A stretch of 60,218 nt of DNA from Spirochaetota bacterium (GTDB lineage Bacteria > Spirochaetota > UBA4802 > JAGODF01), in assembly GCA_036846345.1 (NCBI GenBank), contig DAIUCD010000027.1, positions 1-60,218 of the forward strand, read 5' to 3'. Shown here in pieces: positions 1 through 11,600 of this stretch (positions are counted from its first letter, which is position 1; the number at the start of each line of letters is the position of its first letter). The notes beneath the pieces are model-generated. The model was not told where the DNA came from. It searched no databases and saw nothing but the letters and a program-made list of their open reading frames with translations. A program made the position numbers and the translations under genes.

Positions 1-440
1 CTTAGATTACGAAAGGTTGCTTAATCCTGTGTCCGGATAATCGGGGGAAGCCCATTTCTGACTATTTTCGGTTAAATGCCGGATAAAGGGGTCAGAGCCC
101 CGTATTTTGCTCTTTCCCCCATCCCGTCCATTGCGATGGCCCCCTGCCCACATAAAATTGAAAACCTGTGACCGGAGAGCTATATCTTTAACATCAGGGT
201 TTTTTCTCCCGGTGTATCAGAATATCTTGAGAAAAACGAATGGGAAACCGGGCCAAAAATGCCGACATTATCAGTATACTGAGGCAAGGCCCCTCAAGAA
301 ATAGTTATTGATTAATTGGGTATGTTCAGTATTTTCGTCTTTACGGGGTTTCATAGGAATTCCTTATCCCCCCGAAGACTGCACCAGAGACAAAGAAACC
401 TTTCAATTCACTAATCAACTGAGCGAGGTTAAAAGAAAAT

Positions 441-1022
441 ATGGGTTTGGTACCAATTGTCGTTGAACAGACCAGCCGGGGTGAAAGATCCTACGATATC
501 TATTCCCGGCTTTTAAAGGACCGCATTGTTTTTCTGGGGGAGGCCATCGACGATCACATATCCAGCCTCGTCATAGCCCAGCTCCTCTTCCTGGAAGCGG
601 AGGACCCGGACAAGGATATATATCTTTATATTAATTCCCCCGGCGGAATCGTCACATCGGGCCTGGCCATCTATGATACCATGCAGTACATAAAACCGGA
701 CGTAGCTACGCTCTGCATAGGGCAGGCCGCCTCCATGGGCTCCCTGCTCCTGGCCGCCGGCGCCAAGGGCAAGCGTGCCGCCCTTCCCAACGCCCGCATC
801 ATGATACATCAGCCCGCTGGCGGATTTCAGGGTACTGCTTCTGACATCGAGATCCAGGCCAAGGAGATCATGAAAATCAAGGGCAAGCTGAACGGCATTT
901 ACGCGAGCCATACGGGACAGCCCCTGGAAAAAATTGAAAAAGACATGGATCGTGATTATTTTATGTCTTCTGAAGAGGCTTTGGAGTATACTATTATTGA
1001 TAAGATCCTTACGAGAAAATAA
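441..1022 (+). CDS. clpP: ATP-dependent Clp protease proteolytic subunit ClpP
   Basis: 193-aa ORF of typical ClpP length and composition (…[14 protein letters not shown]…, …RIMIHQP…). It sits directly upstream of clpX and lon in the conserved clpP-clpX-lon order. Confidence 0.95.
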   Translation: MGLVPIVVEQTSRGERSYDIYSRLLKDRIVFLGEAIDDHISSLVIAQLLFLEAEDPDKDIYLYINSPGGIVTSGLAIYDTMQYIKPDVATLCIGQAASMGSLLLAAGAKGKRAALPNARIMIHQPAGGFQGTASDIEIQAKEIMKIKGKLNGIYASHTGQPLEKIEKDMDRDYFMSSEEALEYTIIDKILTRK

Positions 1023-1039
1023 GACTAGTTGAGGTTGAT

Positions 1040-2302
1040 ATGGCTACAAAAAAGAAAGAGCCCAATGACAAGTTGTTCTGCTCTTTTTGCGGAAAAAGCC
1101 AGGACGTGGTCAAGAAACTCGTGGCGGGACCGGGTGTTTACATCTGTGACGAATGCATCGATCTCTGCAATGAGATCGTATCCGACGATGTAGACAACAA
1201 CATCCTCGAGAAAAACTTCGGGGATCTGCCCAAGCCTCCCCAAATCAAGGAGGTGCTGGACCAGTACGTCATCGGGCAGGACTCCGCCAAGAAGATCCTC
1301 GCTGTGGCCGTATACAACCATTACAAGCGCATCGCCTCCAACGCCAACATTAAAAAGGACGATGTGGAGCTGGAGAAGAGCAACATTCTTCTCATCGGCC
1401 CAACAGGGTCCGGCAAGACCCTTCTGGCCCAGACTCTTGCCCGTTTCCTCAAGGTCCCCTTTGCCATAGCCGACGCCACCTCTCTTACGGAAGCCGGTTA
1501 CGTGGGAGAGGATGTGGAAAACATCCTCCTCCGCCTCATTCAGAACGCCGACGGCGATGTAAAGCGCGCCGAGATGGGAATCATCTATATCGACGAGATA
1601 GACAAGATCTCCCGCAAATCCGAAAATCCCTCCATTACAAGGGACGTTTCAGGGGAAGGGGTACAGCAGGCCCTCCTGAAGATCATCGAGGGAACCATGG
1701 CCAATGTCCCGCCCCAGGGAGGACGAAAACATCCCCACCAGGAGTTCATCTCCATCAACACCAAGAATATCCTGTTCCTCTGCGGGGGCGCTTTCGTGGG
1801 CCTCGAGAACATTGTGAAAAAACGCCACGGCAACAACAGCATGGGCTTCGGTGCGGAGATAAAGTCCGTAAAGGAACTCCAGGAGGAAAACATACTGGAT
1901 AAGCTTCATACCGACGATCTTATCAAGTTCGGTCTCATCCCCGAGTTCGTGGGACGGCTTCCCATTGTGGCCTCCCTCTCTGAGCTGGACCGGGCTGCCA
2001 TGATTCGCATACTCAAAGAACCGAAAAATGCCCTGATCAAGCAGTATAAAAAGATCTTCTCCTTCGAAAATGTGGAGCTGGAGTTTACCGAAAGTGCCAT
2101 TGAGGAGATCGCCAACATTGCCATTGAAAGGGCATCCGGGGCACGTGGTCTGCGCTCCGTACTGGAGAAAGTAATGCTTGACCTTATGTATGAAATTCCC
2201 TCAATGGAACGGGTTGCCAAGGTTGAAGTAAATGATGAGATGATCAAGGGTCTCGGCAAACCCAAGCTGATTTTCAGCGAAGACGAGGAGAAGACGGCCT
2301 GA
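1040..2302 (+). CDS. clpX: ATP-dependent Clp protease ATP-binding subunit ClpX
   Basis: 420 aa. N-terminal C4 zinc ribbon (CSFCGK…CDEC), Walker [12 protein letters not shown]+ ClpX-type sequence throughout. A gagg RBS lies about 6 nt upstream of the ATG at 1040. Confidence 0.95.
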   Translation: MATKKKEPNDKLFCSFCGKSQDVVKKLVAGPGVYICDECIDLCNEIVSDDVDNNILEKNFGDLPKPPQIKEVLDQYVIGQDSAKKILAVAVYNHYKRIASNANIKKDDVELEKSNILLIGPTGSGKTLLAQTLARFLKVPFAIADATSLTEAGYVGEDVENILLRLIQNADGDVKRAEMGIIYIDEIDKISRKSENPSITRDVSGEGVQQALLKIIEGTMANVPPQGGRKHPHQEFISINTKNILFLCGGAFVGLENIVKKRHGNNSMGFGAEIKSVKELQEENILDKLHTDDLIKFGLIPEFVGRLPIVASLSELDRAAMIRILKEPKNALIKQYKKIFSFENVELEFTESAIEEIANIAIERASGARGLRSVLEKVMLDLMYEIPSMERVAKVEVNDEMIKGLGKPKLIFSEDEEKTA

Positions 2303-2331
2303 CAGGCTTTGTAAAAAACGAGGATTCACCC

Positions 2332-4788
2332 ATGAAGAGAAACGTAGATTTTAGTAAAAAATATCCCCTTTTACCTCTGCGGGATGTCGTAGTCTTTCCC
2401 CATATGGTCATTCCGCTTTTCGTGGGCAGGGAAAAATCTATAAACGCCCTGGACGCGGCCATGAAGTCCGACCGCCTCATAGTGCTGGCCACGCAGACCG
2501 ACGCCCAACTCACCATGCCCCAGAAGGAAGACATCTATGAGATCGGAACAGTCTCTGAAATCCTTCAGCTCCTGAAACTGCCCGACGGGACCATCAAGGT
2601 TCTCGTAGAGGGTCTGGCGCGTGTTTACATCTCCGATCTTGCGGAGGAAGAGGACAAGCATTTCGAAACATCCATCAAGGATATAGAGCGTACCATCGAA
2701 GTGGATTCCGAGGTGTCCGCCCTTCGACGCAATGCCCTGGACGTTTTCGACAAATACATCAAGCTGAACAAGAAGGTTCCCCAGGAAGCCCTCACTACGG
2801 TCAGCGGTATAGAGGACCCGTCCCATCTCACGGACGTCATCGCCTCCCATATAAACATGAGAATCGAATTGAAACAGCAGCTCCTGGAGCTGGGAAACCC
2901 CAAGGAGCGCCTGGCCAAACTCGTTGAGTTCATCAACGGCGAGATCGAAATCATGTACATCGAGAAGAAGATCCAGGGAAAAGTCCGCAAGCAGATGGAA
3001 AAATCCCAGAAGGAATACTACCTCAACGAGCAGATGAAAGTCATCAAGAAGGAGCTCGGGCAGGGGGAAGACGCGGCGGACGAAATCGAAGACCTGAAAA
3101 AGTCCATCGAAGAGGCGCGGATGAGCGAAGAGGCCAAAACCAAGGCCCTGAAGGAGCTCAAGCGGCTTGAGAAGATGCCGCCCCTCTCCGCAGAATCCGC
3201 CGTGGTAAGGACCTACATCGAATGGCTTCGGGACGTTCCCTGGTACAAGAAGACCCGGGACAACCGCGACATCGATCATGCCATGGACATTCTCAACGAG
3301 GACCATTATGGTCTGGAGGACGTCAAGGAGCGCATCATCGAATTCATCGCCGTGCGCCACCTCTCCAAAAAGCTTAAGGGCCCCATTCTCTGTTTCGTGG
3401 GCCCTCCCGGCGTGGGAAAGACCTCCCTGGGGCGTTCCGTGGCACGGGCGCTCAACCGCAAGTTCGTACGCATGTCCCTGGGAGGTGTGAGGGACGAGGC
3501 GGAGATCCGCGGTCACCGCAGAACCTATGTGGGCGCCCTTCCCGGGCGCATCATACAGATGATGAAAAAGTCCGGCACCATGAATCCGGTATTTCTGCTG
3601 GATGAAGTGGACAAGATGTCCATGGACTTCAGGGGAGACCCCTCCTCCGCATTGCTGGAGGTGCTGGACCCAGAGCAGAACAACGCCTTCGTGGACCACT
3701 ACATGGAGGTCCCTTACGACCTGTCCGATGTGATGTTCATCACCACAGCAAACGTGCAGCACCGCATCCCGCTGCCCCTGCAGGACAGAATGGAGATCAT
3801 CGAGCTATCCAGCTACACGGAACCCGAGAAACTCAACATCGGCATCAAGTTTCTCATACCCAAACAGACCAAGGAAAACGGACTGCTGCCCTCCAACATC
3901 GACTATTCCGAGGAGGCCATGCTCTACACCATCCGTCATTATACCCGGGAGGCGGGGGTTCGCAGTCTCGAACGCGTCATCGCCAAGGTATGCCGCAAGG
4001 TGGCCCGGGAGGTGGTAAAGCACGGCAAGAGCTACAAGCGAATCATCACCCCCGAGATCCTGCAGGAATACCTGGGTCCCACGCGCTTCAAGTACGGCAT
4101 GAAGGAGCAGAAGAACGAAGTCGGTCTGGCCAACGGTCTGGCATGGACCGAGGTGGGAGGCGACATCCTCCAGATCGAGGCCTCACTGATCAAGGGCAAG
4201 GGCAGCCTCATCCTCACCGGAAAGCTCGGAGAGGTAATGCAGGAATCAGCCCAGGCGGCCTTTACCTATGTCAAGGCCAACCAGAATTTTTTCAACATAA
4301 AGGAAGACTACACGCGCAAGTTCGACCTGCATCTGCATGTCCCCGAAGGGGCCATTCCCAAGGACGGACCCTCCGCAGGTATCACCATGGCTGTGGTCAT
4401 CGCCTCGCTGCTCAGCAACATCCCCGTGCGCTGCGACATCGCCATGACGGGGGAGATAACCCTGAGAGGGAAAGTGCTTCAGATCGGCGGGCTCAAGGAG
4501 AAGGTGCTGGCCGCTCACAGGGCCAACATCAAACACGTCATCATCCCCAAGGAAAACGAAAAGGATCTGGAGAAGATACCGGAACACGTCCGCAAGCAGA
4601 TGGTCTTTCATCCAGCAAGCAAGATGGAAGAGGTCCTCTTCCTCTCCCTGGCAACCCCGGACAGCTTTTTCAAGGACCAGGAGAAGACCAAGATGCTCTA
4701 CGACATGTGGAAAGACACGCTGGATGAGAGCAACGACAAGGTGGAAGCGGACGGCGACTACGATTCGGAAAAAACCATCCACATGTAA
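2332..4788 (+). CDS. lon: ATP-dependent protease La (Lon)
   Basis: 818 aa. N-terminal LON substrate-binding domain, AAA+ Walker [11 protein letters not shown]-terminal Ser-Lys protease domain (…[12 protein letters not shown]…). It follows clpX with a 29-nt spacer. Confidence 0.95.
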   Translation: MKRNVDFSKKYPLLPLRDVVVFPHMVIPLFVGREKSINALDAAMKSDRLIVLATQTDAQLTMPQKEDIYEIGTVSEILQLLKLPDGTIKVLVEGLARVYISDLAEEEDKHFETSIKDIERTIEVDSEVSALRRNALDVFDKYIKLNKKVPQEALTTVSGIEDPSHLTDVIASHINMRIELKQQLLELGNPKERLAKLVEFINGEIEIMYIEKKIQGKVRKQMEKSQKEYYLNEQMKVIKKELGQGEDAADEIEDLKKSIEEARMSEEAKTKALKELKRLEKMPPLSAESAVVRTYIEWLRDVPWYKKTRDNRDIDHAMDILNEDHYGLEDVKERIIEFIAVRHLSKKLKGPILCFVGPPGVGKTSLGRSVARALNRKFVRMSLGGVRDEAEIRGHRRTYVGALPGRIIQMMKKSGTMNPVFLLDEVDKMSMDFRGDPSSALLEVLDPEQNNAFVDHYMEVPYDLSDVMFITTANVQHRIPLPLQDRMEIIELSSYTEPEKLNIGIKFLIPKQTKENGLLPSNIDYSEEAMLYTIRHYTREAGVRSLERVIAKVCRKVAREVVKHGKSYKRIITPEILQEYLGPTRFKYGMKEQKNEVGLANGLAWTEVGGDILQIEASLIKGKGSLILTGKLGEVMQESAQAAFTYVKANQNFFNIKEDYTRKFDLHLHVPEGAIPKDGPSAGITMAVVIASLLSNIPVRCDIAMTGEITLRGKVLQIGGLKEKVLAAHRANIKHVIIPKENEKDLEKIPEHVRKQMVFHPASKMEEVLFLSLATPDSFFKDQEKTKMLYDMWKDTLDESNDKVEADGDYDSEKTIHM

Positions 4789-4811
4789 TCCGCACCCTGA
4801 TAGTGAAACGC

Positions 4812-4845
4812 AGACGCCCCCTCCTTGAGAGGGCGTCTTTTTTTA
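4812..4845. terminator. Rho-independent terminator between convergent lon and the downstream minus-strand gene
   Basis: Perfect 8-bp GC-rich stem agacgccc / gggcgtct with an 11-nt loop, followed by a T7 run (4839–4845). It lies 24 nt after the lon stop codon. Confidence 0.65.
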
Positions 4846-4875
4846 TCCTCCGTCAACACCTGGTCCACGGCAGCT

Positions 4876-5475
4876 TCATTCCCATGGGACCCTGTTCCAG
4901 GGGCTTTCCTCATTTTCCGGATCGAGGAGATCGTTGAAGATATCGTCCAGCTCCTCGTCATAGATATCAGACCTTCCCTCCGACCAGTAAAGATACCCAT
5001 CGAGGAAGCTCTCCCCCATCTCCGCCCAGGACACAAAGGATTCCCTGATGCGCCTGGCGCTTTTTTCTATCCAATCCCAGGCCTCGTCCCGGCTCAGGTA
5101 TTCCGCCCCGGCCCCCCATCGGGCAGCTGTCACGAGCCGGCAGAGATCCCATGCCAGCATGGAGGACGGGTTGTCCTTACCCTCCTCACATTCCTCACGG
5201 TCCCCTTCCTCCAGGAGCCAGCTCAACAGGCCCAGCAAATCCGAGCGCTCCTCCACGCGCCACCACTCCCTTAGCGCTTCCCGGGCATCCTTCATTATCT
5301 CCTCACCGGGCATCCCTCCCTCGAGGATATCATGTTCCTCTCCATTGAGTTCCGTCAGCAGTGCACTCACGGCAAGACCAAATCTCTGTTCCTGAGTAAG
5401 ACCTGAACGCTTCGAATCATCACCCCTTGAATCCATCATCCATCCTCCCTTCCCTCTTGTAGCGGCGTACTGCAT
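4876..5475 (-). CDS. DUF1266-like hypothetical protein (acidic, Trp-rich)
   Basis: 199-aa ORF convergent with lon. Segments such as LAWDLCRLVTAARWGAGAEYLSRDEAWDWIEKSARRIRESFVSWAEMGESFLDGYLYW resemble DUF1266-family proteins from memory. The true start may be an internal Met. Confidence 0.45.
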   Translation of the reverse strand: MQYAATRGKGGWMMDSRGDDSKRSGLTQEQRFGLAVSALLTELNGEEHDILEGGMPGEEIMKDAREALREWWRVEERSDLLGLLSWLLEEGDREECEEGKDNPSSMLAWDLCRLVTAARWGAGAEYLSRDEAWDWIEKSARRIRESFVSWAEMGESFLDGYLYWSEGRSDIYDEELDDIFNDLLDPENEESPWNRVPWE

Positions 5476-5596
5476 GGATCGGCTGCCCCAGCAGGATACA
5501 TGGCAAACCCCCTCAAGGGAATTATCATTGACTTATGCCCTTTCCCTGTATAGACTCTTTAAACCAGAAATCTTCATCCGGGATGGATGCTACCAT

Positions 5597-8170
5597 ATGG
5601 TACGAGTAATTCAACTCTTTCTCCTTATATTCTTAACGACAGCGGCCTTTAACCCTGCCGCAACCGCTACCCCATCAGGGAAGGGGCCCTGCAGTCTGGA
5701 GCTGCCGCCGCAATACTATGAAGACAAGACCGGCTCCCTGTCGATCAACGACATCCTTGCCGGGGATAGAAAGATACTGTTCCGTCCCTCACCGGGAAAA
5801 ACGCCCAATTTCGGGTACACAACCTCGGTCTACTGGCTGAAGTTTACCATAAGGAACTCCGGGGAGGACAACCGAGACTGTTATCTCACCATCCCCTACT
5901 CCCTGATCGATGACATACGGCTCTATCTGCCCCAAGGCAGCAATGATTACGTGGAAAAAAAGTCGGGCCGTCTCTATCCCCGGGAATCCCAGGATTATAA
6001 CAACCGGCATTTCAATTTCCGCGTAAACCTGCCGCCGAAAGCCCGGGAGGTCTGTTATCTGCGGGTGATGAGCAAGGATTCCCTTCCAGTCCCCCTGGAG
6101 CTCTGGAGCCATAGCAGCTTCATCCGTGAGGACCGGAGCGACCAGTTCCTTATGGGATGCTATTACGGGATCATCCTGATCATCATCCTCTACAACCTCT
6201 TTATCATGCTCACGATCCGGGACATCAATTATCTCTATTATCTCCTCTGCCTGATCAGCATGCACCTGCTCTTCCAGATGGGCATCAACGGATTGAGCAG
6301 GCAATTATTCGGGACAGACTCGATCTGGTGGTCCCGGGAATCCATTGCCTTTTTTTTCAGTCTCGGATGCCTCTTTCTCATAAAGTTCAGCCAGAATTTT
6401 CTCAATACCCGTAAGACCAACCCCCGACTGCATCTGGTTCTTACAATTGTCATGGGATGGGCCGGTCTGGAGGCGCTCATTTCCCTGTTTCTCGATTATC
6501 ACTGGGCCATACAGTCCGCCGTTCTGATGGGCCAATTCTGCGGTGCCACGGTATGGTTCTCGGGTTTCATCAGTCTGATCAAGGGCAACCGGGCGGCGCG
6601 CTTTTTCCTGCTGGCCTGGACCTCCCTCATCTTCAGTGGCATTCTCTACTCCCTCAAGGTCTGGGGTCTGATCCCCAGCAACATCGTCACGGAGTACGCC
6701 TGGCAGGTCGGTTCGGTGATCCAGGCCGTTCTCCTGGGGATTGCCCTGGGAGACAACATCAACATCCTTCGAAGGGATATGTTCAACGCCCAGACCGCGG
6801 CCCTGGAAAAGGAGAAGGCGGCCCGGGAGGCCCAGGAGCGTTTCAGTGAAACGCTGGAAAAACTCGTTGAGGAGCGGACCAACGATCTCAATGTGGCTCT
6901 TCAGGAGCTTCGCAACCGGGAGCGCCGGATACAGAACGAACTCGACCTGGCATCGGACATTCAACAGGGCATCCTTCCCCCCACCCCCCTCAGCTTCAAC
7001 GGGATCAACATCGTGGCTCATTACAACTCCTTCGAGAAAATCGGCGGCGATTTCTACGATATCTTCCCCATGAAGGGGGGACATCTCTGTGTGCTTCTCG
7101 CCGATGCGTCGGGCCACGGAATCCCGGCGGCCTTCGTTACGGCCCTGGCCAAAATCAGTTTTTCCGAAGCCACCCAGCAGTATCTTTTCCCCCGGGACAT
7201 ACTGAAACAGGCCAACGAGCAGCTCATCAAGGTGGTCAAGACCCAGGAGTACCTGACGGTCTTTCTGGTCGTCATCAGCCCCTCATACGAGGTCTTCTAT
7301 TCCAACGCCTCGCATCAACGGGCCTTCGTTCTCAGAAAGCGGAGCGGTGATGTGGAGGAGTGGGATACCGACGGTCTCTTTGTGGGCGCCGTGCTGGAAG
7401 CCAACGAACGCTACGAGGACAAGCAGGATTTCCTCGATTTCGGGGACCGTGTGATACTCTACACCGACGGTCTGATCGAGGCGCGCAGCAGCTCAGGCGA
7501 GGAGTTCGGCCTTTCTCGTCTCAAAGACCTTCTCAGGGAAACCGGCGGTCTCCCCATAGAACAGGCACGGGAGTCCATCGTCGAGGGATGGCGCGGGTTT
7601 ATCAGTGAATCCAATCTCCGGGACGACGTCTCCTTCCTCCTTCTGGAAGTGGACCCCTCTTACCGGGAGCTGCTGGAATACAAGAATCGGGGTCTCGAGG
7701 AACTGTTTCAAAACCACATCGACGAGGCCATAAGAAATCTTTCGGAAGCCCTCAAGATCGACAACCGGGACGCCAAGGTCCATCACCTGCTGGGGAAATG
7801 CTATTTCCGGGAAAAGAACTACGGGGAATCCATCGAACACATCAACGCCTACCTGGCCCAGAACCAGGAGGATGCGGACGCCTGGCACATGCTGGCCGCC
7901 TGCCAGTTCAACATCAGGGACTTCAGCGCCGCGCTTACCTCGGCACAAAAGGCCTGCTCCATAAGGCAGAACTTCAACAAGGCGCTGCTCATCTGGGGGC
8001 TGTCATTGAAAAAGCTGGACCGTTTTCAAGAATCGAAATCCATATGGGCACAGATACTCCGGACAGAACCGGACAACAGCGTGGCCGCCGCAGAGATGCT
8101 GATGCTGGAACAGCACAAACCGGCAGGGGACAATCCCGAAAACACCACAAAAGGGAATGGGATTCAGTAG
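5597..8170 (+). CDS. 7TM-DISM-type membrane receptor fused to a PP2C/SpoIIE-family serine phosphatase and C-terminal TPR repeats
   Basis: The ORF is open from 5474. The likely start is the ATG at 5597 (MVRVIQLFLLIFLTTAAF… signal-like segment). It has a periplasmic beta-rich region, then 7 hydrophobic helices, a coiled coil, a SpoIIE/PP2C signature (…GGDFYDIF…LLADASGHGIPAA…DGL…) and TPR-like repeats at the C-terminus. Confidence 0.75.
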   Translation: MVRVIQLFLLIFLTTAAFNPAATATPSGKGPCSLELPPQYYEDKTGSLSINDILAGDRKILFRPSPGKTPNFGYTTSVYWLKFTIRNSGEDNRDCYLTIPYSLIDDIRLYLPQGSNDYVEKKSGRLYPRESQDYNNRHFNFRVNLPPKAREVCYLRVMSKDSLPVPLELWSHSSFIREDRSDQFLMGCYYGIILIIILYNLFIMLTIRDINYLYYLLCLISMHLLFQMGINGLSRQLFGTDSIWWSRESIAFFFSLGCLFLIKFSQNFLNTRKTNPRLHLVLTIVMGWAGLEALISLFLDYHWAIQSAVLMGQFCGATVWFSGFISLIKGNRAARFFLLAWTSLIFSGILYSLKVWGLIPSNIVTEYAWQVGSVIQAVLLGIALGDNINILRRDMFNAQTAALEKEKAAREAQERFSETLEKLVEERTNDLNVALQELRNRERRIQNELDLASDIQQGILPPTPLSFNGINIVAHYNSFEKIGGDFYDIFPMKGGHLCVLLADASGHGIPAAFVTALAKISFSEATQQYLFPRDILKQANEQLIKVVKTQEYLTVFLVVISPSYEVFYSNASHQRAFVLRKRSGDVEEWDTDGLFVGAVLEANERYEDKQDFLDFGDRVILYTDGLIEARSSSGEEFGLSRLKDLLRETGGLPIEQARESIVEGWRGFISESNLRDDVSFLLLEVDPSYRELLEYKNRGLEELFQNHIDEAIRNLSEALKIDNRDAKVHHLLGKCYFREKNYGESIEHINAYLAQNQEDADAWHMLAACQFNIRDFSAALTSAQKACSIRQNFNKALLIWGLSLKKLDRFQESKSIWAQILRTEPDNSVAAAEMLMLEQHKPAGDNPENTTKGNGIQ

Positions 8171-8697
8171 AGCTTATATCCCTTTCGAGCCGTAAGGACA
8201 CCCTCCCGCTTTATTTTATCCGGGATATCCACCATGGCCCGTTTGGCGGTGAAGCCGCTGAACTCCAGGGAGAGCTTAAGGCGCAGCATATCCCCGCTCA
8301 TCTCCAGTATGGTAAAATGCCCCTGAGCCTTTTCCGTCTCAATGCTTCCCACCTGGCCGCCCCGGGCGTACCAGATCTCCACGCCCTCTTCCCCGGCGGA
8401 ATACTCCTTACCGGTCGTCAGGCTTTTAGGCAGGGTGATGTTGAAGTTTTCGAAAATATACTCCGTACGGAAGTACAGGGAGCTCTGAAAATAACTCTTG
8501 ATCTCCCGCCCCTTTTCGGTCTCGGCGAGGGTTGCTCCGAACTGGTCGAAGGTGGGACTGGTTACGTACTCAAAACCGACGTGATTGTGTCCGGAACCGC
8601 ATGAGAACAAAAGAAGTAAAACCGCGGCAAGGCCCAGCAGGTGCGAAATCCTACCGCTTCTGTGTTTAACGACGCTACTTGATGATCTTGTTTTCAA
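8164..8697 (-). CDS. Lipoprotein (signal peptide + lipobox LLFSC), unknown function
   Basis: 177 aa. N-terminal Arg/Ser-rich n-region, hydrophobic h-region and a Cys lipobox. It overlaps the upstream giant gene's 3' end by 23 nt (8675–8697), which suggests co-transcription. Confidence 0.5.
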   Translation of the reverse strand: MKTRSSSSVVKHRSGRISHLLGLAAVLLLLFSCGSGHNHVGFEYVTSPTFDQFGATLAETEKGREIKSYFQSSLYFRTEYIFENFNITLPKSLTTGKEYSAGEEGVEIWYARGGQVGSIETEKAQGHFTILEMSGDMLRLKLSLEFSGFTAKRAMVDIPDKIKREGVLTARKGYKLY

Positions 8698-11600
8698 CCT
8701 TTACCTCCCAGAGGACGATGTCAGGCAGTTTCAGATTCAGGGAATCCAGGAATTCCCCAACCTTGTTCCTGTCGAGCAGCGTGGGGTCGCTCTCCAAGCG
8801 GAACTTGGAGGAAGTCACATAACTGTTCAGCTTCTCGAAGAGGCGGTTTTTCAGCAGGTTCTGCCACTCCAGAGATCCCCGCTTCTCGAAGTAATCATAG
8901 AAGGCGAACTTGTCCTTGAAAGTCGGGAGTTCCACCTGATCGATTTTCCATTTAGGAAGAGTCACATGGGCCCCGGCGGAAACGGTTTCCCGGGATTTGG
9001 TTATGGTATCCCGAATGGCGTTGACGAGAAAATTCCGCACGCCGGATTCGTTTTCCAGGAAGAAGACCAGCTCCTCCATATTGTTGAACTCCGGCGCCTT
9101 CACGAATTTTTCTATGTACTGATCCTTGGTCATGTTCTGTTCCCGGGCGCGGTCACCGGTGCCGTCGCCGTCCAGGATGTCCCGAATCACCAGGGAATAT
9201 TCCCGCCGGAACTGGAAGGTGTTGCTGGAGGGATTGCGCGCCAGCATCCCCAGCGCATTCACGGCATCCATCAGCGAGTCGATGGAGGGGTTCTCATAAC
9301 CCCCGCTGTCCAGGATCTTCTTCTCCACGCCCAGGACCACCTTTTTATAGTCCTCCCTTGCCTCGATGTCCTTCAGCAGGTCCGCCAGAACCCCCTCGTA
9401 TCGATACACATCACCCTCCTTTTCCAAAACCTTGAGGAGCACCAGACCCGCCCAGAGCCGGGCCGGATTGAGATAGTTGGTGATGCGGAAGGGATCCTGA
9501 AAGTACCTGGCGTCAAAGTCGGGATGATTGAAGCAATGCAGAGGGTGGCTCTTTTCCTCGATGAGGGCGTGATAGTCCGCCGCCGAATCCTTCAGCGAAT
9601 TGATCTTGAAGATAGGATACCCCAGCAGTATGCCGATGGAGATGATTTCATAGGGTTTGCAGAGATTGGGTACCTCGAAGGTCTCCACGCTGATGTTGGG
9701 CTGGGCCAACTCGCGTTTCTTGTAATGGTCCATGCGCTCGGGAAGATCGTTGACGGCACCCTCCCCGGGATCATCGCCCCCCTCGTAGGTGTCGATGGGG
9801 AAGTTCGTGACGGTCCGGTAATACTCCATCGACTCAAGACCAGTGGGATCGATGTATATGTAGGGACGGGAATAGCCGTCCAGTTTTTCCAGGAGCTTCT
9901 TGAGGGGGATTTTTTTCTCGTCAAGCATCTGCTTGATGGAGATGTTCTCGAAGTTAAAACCCTCGAAGCGGGAGTGAATGATCTTGAAGATTTTCTTCCT
10001 TATCTTCTCTATGTTGATCTTGAGTATGCTCGCCTCGCTGAGGTTGTAGCCGTCCTCCATCGTGGCGCCCTCTGTTCCGTACAGGACCTGTTTGATCTCC
10101 TCCAGGGACTTCTCCAGGAGATTCCCGTACTGGCTCTGAATAAGCTCCTTCACTTCAGCACCGGACATTTCCAGCACCGATAAGCCCTCGGTGGCGATCA
10201 GGTAAGTCTCGATGAACTGTTCCTTGTCGTCCTCACGGTCCATCTGCACGAAATCAATATCGTTGCAGAGATCCTCGATGGAAAGCCGCGAGTAGAAGTA
10301 GCGCTCCAGGAACGTATCGATCTCCCCCGCGTTGATGAGATAGAAATAGAGCGGGTTCTTCTTCTCCAGGAGGTCGAACTTGTCCTTCTCGATGTCCTCC
10401 TTCATCTGATTTAACAGGGCCACCACCTTGTCCTTGAGTATGTTAACCTCGATGTTCTTCAGATTGAAGAGAAGCGCCTTGAAATCCCGGACGAAGGATT
10501 CCGCCGAGGTGAGCATGGCCTCGAAGGTGAGCTGGCTGAAGTTGAACTGGGCCATCTCGATGAGGGCCTGGGGCAGGGAAGTGTCGGAGAGCCCACCGGA
10601 CTCCACCATCTCCACGAGCTTTTCCATCTCCTCCGTTGAGTAGCGGGCCAGCGCCACGCGCTCTTTGTAGTATTTCTTCTGATAGAGTTCCAGCTTTTCA
10701 AGGAGCAGGTTGATGACAGCTTCCGCGAAGAGGAACCCCTTCTGAGGATCTTTAATGAACTTGTGAATCTCCGCCGTCAAAACGGAGCGCATCTTTTCCA
10801 GCTCCAGCTGATAGCGCTTCTCCATGCGGGTGAGGAGATTGCGCTTGATCTTCTCCAGTTCCTCCTTGCCGTAGTCCCGGAGTATGCTCTCCATGACCAT
10901 CACGACGCCCCGGGGATCCCCCTTCTGAACGGCCCCCTCAATCTTTTTCTGATAGGAACGGAATTCCGTATCGGTGTCCATCTTGTAATCCGGGTACATG
11001 CGCTCGAAGATGAGCCGGCAGTTGAGCCTCAGGGCTCGGACCAGGCCCCGGTTCAGGTCGCCCATGGTCTCCAGGAGGAGGCGGGATTCCACGTTCTTTA
11101 GGAACGCAGCGGTCATCTTCACCGCGGTGATCTTGTAGCCCATCTCCTTGAGCCGGGGAACCGGATAGATGACGCGGGAGATCCCGAAGGAGTTATAGGC
11201 GGCCTTGCGGCGAGAATTTTCGCTCTTGGGCAGATAGATGGAGGCGCGGGTGGAATCGTTGACCATACGCTCCTCGATGGCTCCCCCAACGGTGGAGGCG
11301 ACAAAAGTGGAGATGAACTGTCCAGTCAATTCCTGAACCTGATCCCGTCCCTGCAGGGAGTTGCCGGCCATGTTTTCCACGTCCAGCAGATAGAGCATGC
11401 CGTCGTCAAAGACGCGGTCCGGCACCTCCACCTCCCTCCCCGAAGGATATCGGGCCCGGAAGCTGTTGCCGCTCATGAAGTAATCGATCTCCTTCAGGGC
11501 CGCGTAGGCATTGGCCCTGGCGTTTCGGTTGTAAACCACCCGCTTGAAGGCCGAGGGGAGGACCAGGATGCCATAGATCCGGGGTGCCGGCCAGTAATCC

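Noticed and set aside
107-304. 65-aa ORF upstream of clpP
   Set aside because: No RBS and no recognisable composition. It is more likely promoter or leader sequence for clpP.
2371-3762. 463-aa minus-strand ORF inside lon
   Set aside because: It is antisense to a full-length, motif-rich Lon protease. Its composition (His/Gly/Val-rich, no motifs) is typical of a spurious high-GC antisense ORF.
3990-4727. 245-aa plus-strand alternate-frame ORF inside lon
   Set aside because: Arg/Gly/Pro/His-rich low-complexity translation in an alternate frame of a well-supported gene.
6305-7117. 270-aa minus-strand ORF and several 60–170-aa ORFs inside the 7TM-DISM/SpoIIE gene
   Set aside because: They are antisense or alternate-frame to a gene with a clear domain architecture, with no motifs of their own.
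8585-10183. 532-aa plus-strand ORF opposite the FtsZ/tubulin-like gene
   Set aside because: It is antisense to the 1277-aa gene, whose GTPase motifs and operon coupling support the minus strand. Its translation is Leu/Val/Gly-rich without motifs.
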